Of a stretch of 64,000 nt of DNA, positions 40,437 through 49,460 are shown one piece after another. Below the pieces are notes generated by a model. It was not told where the DNA came from. It searched no databases and saw nothing but the letters and a program-made list of their open reading frames with translations. Source of the stretch: a virus (Duplodnaviria > Caudoviricetes); the IMG/VR virus record IMGVR_UViG_3300037721_000031, positions 64,001 through 128,000 of that record; one strand, 5' to 3'. The position numbers and the translations under genes were made by a program. The stretch's first letter is position 1. Each line of letters starts with the position of its first letter.

Positions 40437-40817
40437 ATGTCTGGATTTACAATCCTTGCGTCGGTTTTCAAAGCACTGAAGTTTATATGGCCTTTTATTG
40501 CAGAGATGTTTTTTGCTGGTAAGAATATAAAGCAAATACTAGTTGAGAATAAATTCGCAATAATTTTACTTGTCTTACTCTTATTTTCTATTTTTCTTAA
40601 TTATGCTAGCTTTAGCAAGGTTTATGAACTTGCCATTGCTCGTAGAGAAAATGATCCTCAAAAGAAAATACTAAAAGACAGAGTCGAAAAAGACAAGTCA
40701 GTAGCTGAAGAACCGTACCCACCTACCTCCTCTTTACCATCATCTGCTCCATCAGAAGGAATTGACTCACACGAGGCCGTGCGTCAAAGACTAGAGCATA
40801 TTTATAAGAGTCACTAA
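40437..40817 (+). CDS. Membrane protein, probable i-spanin or holin
   Basis: Hydrophobic segment FAIILLVLLLFSIFLNYASF followed by a charged C-terminus; abuts a lipoprotein gene. Confidence 0.5.
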   Translation: MSGFTILASVFKALKFIWPFIAEMFFAGKNIKQILVENKFAIILLVLLLFSIFLNYASFSKVYELAIARRENDPQKKILKDRVEKDKSVAEEPYPPTSSLPSSAPSEGIDSHEAVRQRLEHIYKSH

Positions 40818-41309
40818 ATGAATACCCGTTATGTTTTACTTGCTGTAGTAGTTCAATTTATTTGCTTATCAAGTTGTTCTATTATGGTGGAGTATCCGCC
40901 TAAATCTAAAAACTCTATCCCATTATTACTGGAGGCTAGTGAAAAAGAAACTGCGACAGCGGCTAACCGACCATCAGAAGATGGTCGGAAGCAATTTGAT
41001 ACATCTATTGCAGCTATTACAGATAAAATTAATAAGCTAGAACAACGGAATGAATCACTAAATAAATCTATTGTGAAAGTGACACTTTGTTCCGCATTCG
41101 TACCACCAGTAATGCCTGAGGCACCACGAGTAGACTTTTCAAAGTTAAGGGCCATACCAAGTAATGATCATACAGCGGTGAAAAATCTATTAATAGATAA
41201 CATACAGGCAATGAATGATCATGCTAAGAAAGTAGAGGATTCTTTGAAATTAGCCATGATCATTCATCGTAGAACATGTGGTGTTCGTGATGTTATCAAT
41301 AAGAAATAA
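40818..41309 (+). CDS. Lipoprotein, probable o-spanin
   Basis: Signal peptide with lipobox LSSC; coiled coil, Pro-rich segment and two further Cys. Confidence 0.55.
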   Translation: MNTRYVLLAVVVQFICLSSCSIMVEYPPKSKNSIPLLLEASEKETATAANRPSEDGRKQFDTSIAAITDKINKLEQRNESLNKSIVKVTLCSAFVPPVMPEAPRVDFSKLRAIPSNDHTAVKNLLIDNIQAMNDHAKKVEDSLKLAMIIHRRTCGVRDVINKK

Positions 41310-41405
41310 CACACGTTGCTGATGATGTGTTCTATAGATATTAGTTAGCTCTATATCTGTTAAAGAGAATAATCATTAAATACACTATTCGCAAGAGGAC
41401 TTTAA

Positions 41406-42941
41406 ATGAATGCTGATTCTATTATTAAAGGAATGGTACTGTACTGCGACGGTGGAACAAGACCCAACCCAGGATTTGGTGGATATGGAATTCACGGATA
41501 CATTTACAGCGCTGTAAGTCCAAGTAAAGGCATTGGCCGTAACTTCATCACTACGTCTCAAGGGTATTTAGAGCGTGGTAAGGATAATGAAGTAATTACT
41601 GTAAGTCAAACTGACTCTGTAGAAAAGTATTTGAATGACTCAGAATCTGTCTTAGTGACTCCTGTAACCTATGTCGATATTACAGGATCTATTCCTGGGA
41701 CAGCGACTAACAATACAGCTGAAGTCATGGCTATGACACAGGCATTACAATACGCATCAAAGCAACCTGATATTAAGTTTCTTCAGATTTTTACAGATTC
41801 TGAGTACACTAAAAATGGTGTAAATGAATGGGTAGACAATTGGGCCCGTAACAATTGGTTTAAATCTGACGGTAACCCAGTAGTTAATAAAGAATTGTGG
41901 ATGAGTTTGAAGACGATTCGTGACATCGTACTAGCCACAGGCATCTCTGTAAGTGTTGAGTGGATTCGTGGTCACGATGGCGCTGTTGGTAACGAGAAAG
42001 CAGACATGCTTGCGTCGATGGGTGTCTTTGATGCTCAGAGAAGTGTTATTGGGGAAACTGTAAAAGAAACAGAAGCAGAAGGTTACTGGAAGAATACGGT
42101 AACGCGTCATCCGTTTATTACTCATCGCAGGTGTTACTTTAGTTCACAATCTGAAATCGCGCCAGGTGTTTATCACTTAGGAGACCACGGTAAAGATGAC
42201 GAACTTTTGGGTAAGAAATCTAGTGAGGGGTGTTACTCGGTGGTTCAGTTGTTGGAACCTGACAGTGTTTTAGATTTGATTCGCAGATATCAAGCTAGTC
42301 TTACAGGATATTCTGATTCTATTTTTGCCATGCATTTGGATCAAATCTATAATGCGGATCTCTACAAGTCTCTCATGCTTTTTGGAGAGAAGGGTCTGGA
42401 ACCTCCAAGTGGATATCGTTTAGATATTAAACATGCGGATAAGACACCCCTTACACGAGAATTTAAGCCGGCACGGTTAGCATCACGCTCAATACAAGAA
42501 CTGTTAGAGTTAGAAATCTTACTGGAAAAATTTAAAACAAACTCTCCAGATTTGATAGTCAACGATATTACAGAAAACTTCTACGATACAGTTGAGAAAA
42601 AGATTCCCCCTAAGAAGGGTAAAAGTGAAGGTACTGTAGAGGTTAGTACAAAATTAAAGAGTGATATCGTTGTTGGTTGCAGTGAGATAACTGTGAAGTG
42701 TAAGCTGGTATCATCAGGGCAAGATATCTCTGAAGATTTGAAACTAACACTAGGGATAGATGTTTTAGATAGAAACGCTCTTAAACGGTTAGAAACGTTA
42801 TCTCCTAAGATATATGTAATAACTTGGAGCGTAAGTGATGTAGCCTATCGCTATGCTACAATTGTCAAGACATGTGACGACATTGGTATATGGTGCGGAG
42901 TATATAGTAACTTACGTATACTCGGAGCGGTAACTAAGTAA
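41406..42941 (+). CDS. rnhA: Ribonuclease HI with a phage-specific C-terminal extension (phiKZ gp155-like)
   Basis: YCDGG..PNPG, TNNTAEVMA, IFTDSEY, W..NNW...DG.PV.N.ELW, EWIRGHDG..GNEKAD.LA. Confidence 0.9.
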   Translation: MNADSIIKGMVLYCDGGTRPNPGFGGYGIHGYIYSAVSPSKGIGRNFITTSQGYLERGKDNEVITVSQTDSVEKYLNDSESVLVTPVTYVDITGSIPGTATNNTAEVMAMTQALQYASKQPDIKFLQIFTDSEYTKNGVNEWVDNWARNNWFKSDGNPVVNKELWMSLKTIRDIVLATGISVSVEWIRGHDGAVGNEKADMLASMGVFDAQRSVIGETVKETEAEGYWKNTVTRHPFITHRRCYFSSQSEIAPGVYHLGDHGKDDELLGKKSSEGCYSVVQLLEPDSVLDLIRRYQASLTGYSDSIFAMHLDQIYNADLYKSLMLFGEKGLEPPSGYRLDIKHADKTPLTREFKPARLASRSIQELLELEILLEKFKTNSPDLIVNDITENFYDTVEKKIPPKKGKSEGTVEVSTKLKSDIVVGCSEITVKCKLVSSGQDISEDLKLTLGIDVLDRNALKRLETLSPKIYVITWSVSDVAYRYATIVKTCDDIGIWCGVYSNLRILGAVTK

Positions 42942-43038
42942 CTCTTAAAGTAGATCTCATTTTCTTATTTTTATAGTTTTGGATATATATTCTTTGAGAG
43001 CTAAATTAGTTCTCGCTCCTTAGCTATGAAATATTTAA

Positions 43039-43431
43039 ATGAGATCCTTAATACACAAACTCCTATCTGCACTTTTATCAAAGCTCCTGCCAGATAGAAC
43101 AAAGCGATTGGTCATGCTATCATCACTGTACGCATTAGTGTATGGTATCACTTCATTTGATAGTAAAATGGTCAATAAACTGAATCAAATCATGAATTTA
43201 AGTAGCGCTGATAAAGCATTGGAATTTCCAATGCAGTTATCGTCCGTGATTTGGCGTGGGGTGGATGGTAAGACAATAACTTATCCTAATGTTAATACAT
43301 ATGGAATAGATGAGATTATACTGAAGATAATGGATAAAATTCCACAATGTTTAGTTTACTCTGATAGACAAAGTATTCTCACAGACATCTCTAAACTTTT
43401 TACAGAAAGAAGTAATCTAATTCCTAACTAA
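43039..43431 (+). CDS. Hypothetical protein
   Basis: 130-aa ORF. Confidence 0.6.
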   Translation: MRSLIHKLLSALLSKLLPDRTKRLVMLSSLYALVYGITSFDSKMVNKLNQIMNLSSADKALEFPMQLSSVIWRGVDGKTITYPNVNTYGIDEIILKIMDKIPQCLVYSDRQSILTDISKLFTERSNLIPN

Positions 43432-43453
43432 GGGAAAAGATGATGTATCACGT

Positions 43454-43497
43454 CATAAACGCCCTACCACTGGTGATCCCGGTGGTAGGGCTTTATG
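43454..43497. terminator. Bidirectional terminator
   Basis: CATAAACGCCCTACCACTGG-TGAT-CCCGGTGGTAGGGCTTTATG between convergent genes. Confidence 0.75.
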
Positions 43498-43514
43498 CTG
43501 CCTAGTATGTTAAG

Positions 43515-44054
43515 TTAAGCGGACCAAACATTAAAACCATCTAGAAATCTATTTTCTACCAAGATAAAATTACTACTATTTGGAGGAGGTATAGCTACAT
43601 CTGCGGATCCACACCAAAATAAAGAATGTTCTGCTGCGCGAATAACAATGTTATTCGTATCTTCATCCGTAATTTGATAATCTACGAAATCTTCAGCGCG
43701 TAATGGATACCGTAGTTGCGGATTAATTTGATCTAGAATGACTTGATGTAATGTGGTTGGCCAATCTGTAAACTCTATGTCTAAGTCCACACCAGAAAGG
43801 TGATCGAATAAGCTACGACGACGATACATGAATCCGCGGTGCGGACCAAATAGCCGTACATCGTAGACTCCAGAAACCTTAATAGGTATAAATGTATTAG
43901 GATCTGTCAGTACATCTGGTCTAGCATCTAGCTCAGAAGGGTGACCGTACTCAATAGAGTTTAAAGGTATACGTTGGCCAGTTGATTCGTAAATCAAGTC
44001 TGTTAGTAACTGATACTTTGTTTTACCAATATCATGCTCATCGATAATTACCAT
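43515..44054 (-). CDS. Probable virion structural protein
   Basis: 179 aa; YRRRSL, I.A.EHSLFWCGS pattern seen in jumbo-phage structural modules. Confidence 0.55.
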   Translation of the reverse strand: MVIIDEHDIGKTKYQLLTDLIYESTGQRIPLNSIEYGHPSELDARPDVLTDPNTFIPIKVSGVYDVRLFGPHRGFMYRRRSLFDHLSGVDLDIEFTDWPTTLHQVILDQINPQLRYPLRAEDFVDYQITDEDTNNIVIRAAEHSLFWCGSADVAIPPPNSSNFILVENRFLDGFNVWSA

Positions 44055-44076
44055 TTATTCACCATACTTGTTAGCT

Positions 44077-45324
44077 TTATATTGCGGTAAGAATATCTGA
44101 TCCAATTCTCATGAACTGACATCTACTATTCTCAATAGGATCTCCAGGAGATACTGAATTATCGTACGAAACTAAGTCTTGCTCAGGTACAGTGTTGAAT
44201 ATATAGTTCCACTTTAAACTATCCTGGACAGTGACTGACCATTGATCGTGCTCTTTAGTACTCCAGTAATCTCCTAAAATACCATAACCTAAAGATAATG
44301 GATATTTTGGTTCTGTAAAGCTAGTATACATGTTAGGCAGCTTTGAACGCCGTAGTGTGTCGTACTCAATGAATAAATCTGGGTTATCTATAAATACTAA
44401 GAATGATTGACTTAAAGTAAACATCTTAGTAATGTTAATATCAGAATACAATTCACTTTCAACAACTTGATTTTCATTATGTATAAATTCTTCTAATTCT
44501 AAAGAACTCAAATCGATTATCTTACGTGATTCAAAGAAGCGTTCTCTCCAAGGAACATTAAGTATGTTGAATCCGTAGACAGTGTCCGAGATTTGGAAGA
44601 AGTTACGTTCGTCTAAAATATATAAATAGCCACCTACAACTAACATTGGATACTTTCCAGGCTTAGCTGTACCGATATCAATGTATACACGTTGTTTAAG
44701 TGGTTCATCTACATATCTACGATGAATCATTTGTTGAGTTATGGAAGTGAATTCTAATTCACCTAGATTCATGAAACTTGTAATACCCATTTGGTTCTCA
44801 CCAGAGATACGGCATGATTTCATTCCATCTAAGACATACACTCTATCACCATCAGTATCTGTTCTATGAAATAAACCATTTACAGACACTAGACAACTTT
44901 TAAAAAATAAATTATAATCTGTATTCGGCCTAGTGATAGACAGCCAGGTTCGTTCAGACAAAGGAATTGTTGAATCAACGTGACCGTTGGATGGGGTAGG
45001 TCTTATTTTATATCTAGCTTTAACAGCATCATTATAGTGAACCCATTTTGTTTCAACTTGATAAAGCTGATCTACAACAGGTAATGAAGCATTGCCAATT
45101 GATTGGAGATACTGTGGTAATGTTGAGGTTACAGCTATTACACTGTTTTTAATACTGCTAAGTAACAGTGTGCGATTTCCAGTGTAAAATGAATTACTTA
45201 AAACAGCATACACTTCTTGATAGTCGTGATATACGTCATTCAAAGCTATGCTTGAAATATCAATACTAACCCAGCGACTCCCAGCTGCTTTACGCTTACC
45301 GATCGCAGAAACTAGTGTGTACAT
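44077..45324 (-). CDS. Probable virion structural protein
   Basis: 415 aa (CLVSVNGLFH.TD); divergent from the tail fibre genes. Confidence 0.6.
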   Translation of the reverse strand: MYTLVSAIGKRKAAGSRWVSIDISSIALNDVYHDYQEVYAVLSNSFYTGNRTLLLSSIKNSVIAVTSTLPQYLQSIGNASLPVVDQLYQVETKWVHYNDAVKARYKIRPTPSNGHVDSTIPLSERTWLSITRPNTDYNLFFKSCLVSVNGLFHRTDTDGDRVYVLDGMKSCRISGENQMGITSFMNLGELEFTSITQQMIHRRYVDEPLKQRVYIDIGTAKPGKYPMLVVGGYLYILDERNFFQISDTVYGFNILNVPWRERFFESRKIIDLSSLELEEFIHNENQVVESELYSDINITKMFTLSQSFLVFIDNPDLFIEYDTLRRSKLPNMYTSFTEPKYPLSLGYGILGDYWSTKEHDQWSVTVQDSLKWNYIFNTVPEQDLVSYDNSVSPGDPIENSRCQFMRIGSDILTAI

Positions 45325-45506
45325 ATTGGAATTTTCTATAAAAAGTGAACATACGGGGTGATACTCTGCCTCAAATAATGTGATCGACTGAAGCCCTAAA
45401 AAGTCATAATCAGTGTATCGAATAATTGATTTACTTTTTATTGTGAAAATGAATATCGTCTTTACTGTAAAAAGTAAAATCTTTCCTTAATAGAAGGTGT
45501 CCGCAA

Positions 45507-48500
45507 ATGACTACTGTGACTTACCCTTTTGATCCGACGGGGAGTAATCCACTTTCTCGGGTTACTAACGAACAACACGTTCTCACGTCGCTTAACAATA
45601 CAGAACTATATCAGACGGTTATACCGTCAGCAGCACCTTTCTTTACAGATAACGTTATTATCTCGTTTACGAATCCGGATACTTCGATTCGGGTACTGAC
45701 AGAAGGTGTTGATTACTACTTCACACATATTTTTATTTCAGCTGGTAAAGCTACCGCTAAGCCGCTAGCTGGTTCAATTACGTTCCTTGATACCGATATT
45801 ACTGGGGTGCTTCGTGTAACGTACCAGACTATCGGTGGAGCATGGAACCTGGATGATAATGAGATTGCTGAGATTCTCGCTAACCTGATTAAGAATCCTC
45901 GTATCACTGCATGGGAACAAATAACTGACTTACCGTTCCAATTTCCGGTTATCGATCATGAGTGGAATTTATCCGACATGGTTGGTGCTACGGAGATCGT
46001 GGAAGGCATCAACGGTATTCGTGATGCGGTTCTGGCTGGTAATGCAGGCGGTATTGCGGCTCACGTAGGTAACACAAATAATCCTCATGAAACTACTAAG
46101 GCTCAAGTAGGTCTAGGTAGTGTTGAGAATTATCCTATTGCAACACAGACTCAGGCGCAGGTGGGTACTAACAACACGGCTTATATGACGCCGTTACGAG
46201 TAGCTCAAGCCATTAGTGAGTTTGGTGGTGGTGACTTAGCTACACACGTTACGCGTACTGATAATCCTCACGAAGTCACCAAGTCGCAAGTAGGTCTTGG
46301 CAGTGTTGAGAACTATGGTATCGCCAGTACTGGTGAAGCTACGTTAGGTACTTCAGATATTAAGTACATGACTCCGCTGAAGGTTAAGACAGTTGTTGAT
46401 GTAGTCAGCGCTTCTCTTGTATCACATACTGCGAATCAGTCAAATCCTCACAATACGACTAAGAGTCAGATTGGCCTGTTCAATGTTCAAAACTATGATG
46501 TAGCAACAGCAGTAGAGGCTCAAAACGGTACAGTCAACGATAAATACATGACTCCGTTGAGAGTGAAACAAGCTATTACTGCATTGGCATCTGTTGACTT
46601 AACAACTCACTTGATGGATACTGCTAATCCTCATAGTACGACCAAAGCACAAGTAGGTCTGGGCAGCGTCGATAACTTTCAGGTAGCGTCGCAGTTAGAA
46701 GCTGAAGCTGGATTGCTAACTAATCGCTTTATGACTCCCCAGAGAGTAGCGCAAGCGGTTACTGCACAAGTCGGTCAAAGTTTTGTAGATCACTTGAATG
46801 CGACAAATCCCCACGGAGTGACTAAGGATCAAGTAAATCTTGGTAATGTTGATAATTATGTTACTTCTTCACAAGTAGAAGCTGAAGCTGGTGATCTGAA
46901 CACTAGGTTCATGACTCCTTTGCGTACAAAGCAAGCTATCGCAGTTCTCGCTTCTGGAAGTATTGCTTCACATACGTCAGATACTAATAATCCTCACAAT
47001 ACGACTAAGAGTCAGATTGGGCTGGGTAACGTTAGCAATTATCTGACTGCTGATCAAGCTGAAGCTGAAGCTGGTAATGCCACAGATAAGTACATGACCC
47101 CATTGGGTACTTACCAAGCGATATCGTTTCAAGCAGTATCTCCTCTGAATACACACACTGCTGATATAGCTAATCCTCATGCGGTAACTAAATCTCAAGT
47201 AGGTCTAGGTAGTGTTGAGAATTATACAGTAGCTACGCAAGTTGAAGCTCAGGATGGCACTCTTAACGATAAGTACATGACTCCTCTGAGAGTGAAACAA
47301 GCTATTGTAGCTCTTGCATCTGGAGATATTGCGGCGCATACGTTGGATATGGGTAATCCCCATAACACAACCAAAACGCAGGTAGGTTTAGGGCTTGTAG
47401 AGAACTATACTGTAGCTTCACAAGCTGAAGCTGAAGCTGGTAATGCCACAGATAAGTACATGACACCATTACGTACTAATCAGGCAATCGCAACGCTGAT
47501 TAGTGGTACTGTTACAACACACATTAGTGATCATAACAACCCCCACGTAGTGACTAAGGCCCAGGTAGGCCTCGGTAATGTTAGTGATCTTTCTATAGCC
47601 AGTCAGGCGGAAGCTGAAGCAGGTAGCAGTAATGCCGCCTACATGACTCCTTTGCGCACATACCAGGCTATTGCAGTATTAGCATCAGGGAATATTGCTT
47701 CTCACTTGGCAGATACCAATAATCCTCATAGTACTACAAAAACACAGGTAGGTTTAGGTAATGTTGGTAACTTCGCTGTAGCTTCACAAGTTGAAGCTGA
47801 AGCTGGTAATGCCACAGATAAGTACATGACTCCGTTGAGTACTAATCAGGCAATTGCATTACAAGCAGTTACTCCGTTAAATACACACATTGCTGACCAG
47901 AGTAATCCGCATAACACTACAAAGACTCAGGTTGGTCTAGGTAATGTTAGTGATTTCGCTGTAGCTTCTCAGGCCGAAGCAGAAGCAGGTAGTAGCAGTA
48001 CTGTATACATGACGCCTCAGCGCACCGCACAGGCTATTTCGTCTCAGGTAGGATCGACATTATCTACGCACGTTAGTGATACTAATAATCCACACAACAC
48101 TACTGCATCACAGCTCGGTGTATACACAACATCGCAAGTAGACACTGCACTTGCAGGTAAACTTGGAACAGCTGCAACAGCGGCTAATTCCAGCCTGTTG
48201 GAAGGTAAATCTTCAGCAGTACTTTCTAGTGAAATAACACTTGCAGCTATTGCAGCTATAGAAACTTCGTTTGCGCCTCAATTGTTGGCAGCTAAGATGG
48301 ACTTTGACGCAGGTCTTGGTTCATTCTATACTTGGGTTCAATTAGGTGGATTATCTCTAGATGATACGGCTGGTAATGAAAATAGTCCACTGTGCTGGTT
48401 AATTAGTGGAATTGGTTACAATGCAAATGAAGATATAGTCGGACCTAATTATTCATTGAATTCTTATATCCTGACTGCAACTATCGCTGAAAATGCTGAG

Positions 48501-49367
48501 GCTGATGATATTATTGTAAACTCACAGTTGAAGTATTTAACTAGTGGCGGTAATATCGTTGTTGAGTTTAGACAGAAAATTGACGTTGCTTTGAAAGAAG
48601 TCACTTACTACATCAGACTTCCTAATGGTCATTCTCAGTTCTCTATTACAAACCTCAACCCTCACGGTTTCCAAGGTATTGACATTTTAGATGTTGGCGC
48701 TAGTACTCCTGCAAGCACTACAGAACTGTTACCTACAGGCGATGGTGACTTAACTGCTCACACATCAAATACCAGTAATCCTCATTCGACGACTAAAACT
48801 CAGGTGGGGTTAGGGTCTGTAGAAAACTATGCTATCGCCAGTCAAGCAGAAGCTGAGGCAGGTAGTAGTGATGTCAAGTATATGACACCACTTAAGACTG
48901 CACAAGCAATCACTATTCAGGCTGGCGCTGCACTGACTACGCATACTTCGAATACCAGTAATCCGCATAGCACTACAGCTACGCAGGTAGGTCTTGGTAG
49001 TGTTAGTAACTTTGCTGTAGCTTCACAAGCAGAAGCGGTAGCTGGTACAAGTGCTGTTAAATACATGACGCCTCAACGTACGCAACAAGCAATTGATGCG
49101 CAGGTTGGTACTGCCGCTAATACTCACTATAGCGATCAGAATAATCCTCACTTTGTGAATCAGAGTCAGGTTGGATTAGGTAATGTACAAAATTACGGTA
49201 TTGCTAGTCAGGCTCAAGCAGAAGCAGGTAGCGATAATGCCACCTACATGACTCCGTTACGCACAAAGCAAGCCATTACCTTACAGGTGGAAGCTATGCT
49301 GAATACATTACTTACGGAAGTTACAGCTGGCTTTACAGCTATCTCCAACGCAATGGCTTCAGTGTAA
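45507..49367 (+). CDS. Tail fibre protein 1 with 15 H-x5-NPH repeats
   Basis: N-terminal YPFDPTG...EQH...PSAAPFF anchor domain; about 61-aa repeats H..NPH..TK.QVGLG.V.N...A...EA.AG...YMTPLR..QAI. Confidence 0.85.
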   Translation: MTTVTYPFDPTGSNPLSRVTNEQHVLTSLNNTELYQTVIPSAAPFFTDNVIISFTNPDTSIRVLTEGVDYYFTHIFISAGKATAKPLAGSITFLDTDITGVLRVTYQTIGGAWNLDDNEIAEILANLIKNPRITAWEQITDLPFQFPVIDHEWNLSDMVGATEIVEGINGIRDAVLAGNAGGIAAHVGNTNNPHETTKAQVGLGSVENYPIATQTQAQVGTNNTAYMTPLRVAQAISEFGGGDLATHVTRTDNPHEVTKSQVGLGSVENYGIASTGEATLGTSDIKYMTPLKVKTVVDVVSASLVSHTANQSNPHNTTKSQIGLFNVQNYDVATAVEAQNGTVNDKYMTPLRVKQAITALASVDLTTHLMDTANPHSTTKAQVGLGSVDNFQVASQLEAEAGLLTNRFMTPQRVAQAVTAQVGQSFVDHLNATNPHGVTKDQVNLGNVDNYVTSSQVEAEAGDLNTRFMTPLRTKQAIAVLASGSIASHTSDTNNPHNTTKSQIGLGNVSNYLTADQAEAEAGNATDKYMTPLGTYQAISFQAVSPLNTHTADIANPHAVTKSQVGLGSVENYTVATQVEAQDGTLNDKYMTPLRVKQAIVALASGDIAAHTLDMGNPHNTTKTQVGLGLVENYTVASQAEAEAGNATDKYMTPLRTNQAIATLISGTVTTHISDHNNPHVVTKAQVGLGNVSDLSIASQAEAEAGSSNAAYMTPLRTYQAIAVLASGNIASHLADTNNPHSTTKTQVGLGNVGNFAVASQVEAEAGNATDKYMTPLSTNQAIALQAVTPLNTHIADQSNPHNTTKTQVGLGNVSDFAVASQAEAEAGSSSTVYMTPQRTAQAISSQVGSTLSTHVSDTNNPHNTTASQLGVYTTSQVDTALAGKLGTAATAANSSLLEGKSSAVLSSEITLAAIAAIETSFAPQLLAAKMDFDAGLGSFYTWVQLGGLSLDDTAGNENSPLCWLISGIGYNANEDIVGPNYSLNSYILTATIAENAEADDIIVNSQLKYLTSGGNIVVEFRQKIDVALKEVTYYIRLPNGHSQFSITNLNPHGFQGIDILDVGASTPASTTELLPTGDGDLTAHTSNTSNPHSTTKTQVGLGSVENYAIASQAEAEAGSSDVKYMTPLKTAQAITIQAGAALTTHTSNTSNPHSTTATQVGLGSVSNFAVASQAEAVAGTSAVKYMTPQRTQQAIDAQVGTAANTHYSDQNNPHFVNQSQVGLGNVQNYGIASQAQAEAGSDNATYMTPLRTKQAITLQVEAMLNTLLTEVTAGFTAISNAMASV
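46050..49290 (+). repeat. About 183-bp tandem coding repeats (15 units, interrupted by a unique domain at about 48120-48745)
   Basis: 15 NPH motifs counted in the translation. Confidence 0.85.
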
Positions 49368-49388
49368 GATAGTATTGTTAGTTTACGG

Positions 49389-49424
49389 TAAATCTACAGT
49401 CAGTAAAAAGACTTGTAGATTTAC
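49389..49424 (+). terminator. Hairpin terminator candidate
   Basis: TAAATCTACAGTC-AGTAAAAA-GACTTGTAGATTTA followed by CCTCTTTTTTC. Confidence 0.5.
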
Positions 49425-49460
49425 CTCTTTTTTCTTTAATAATCGAAACGGATATTAATT

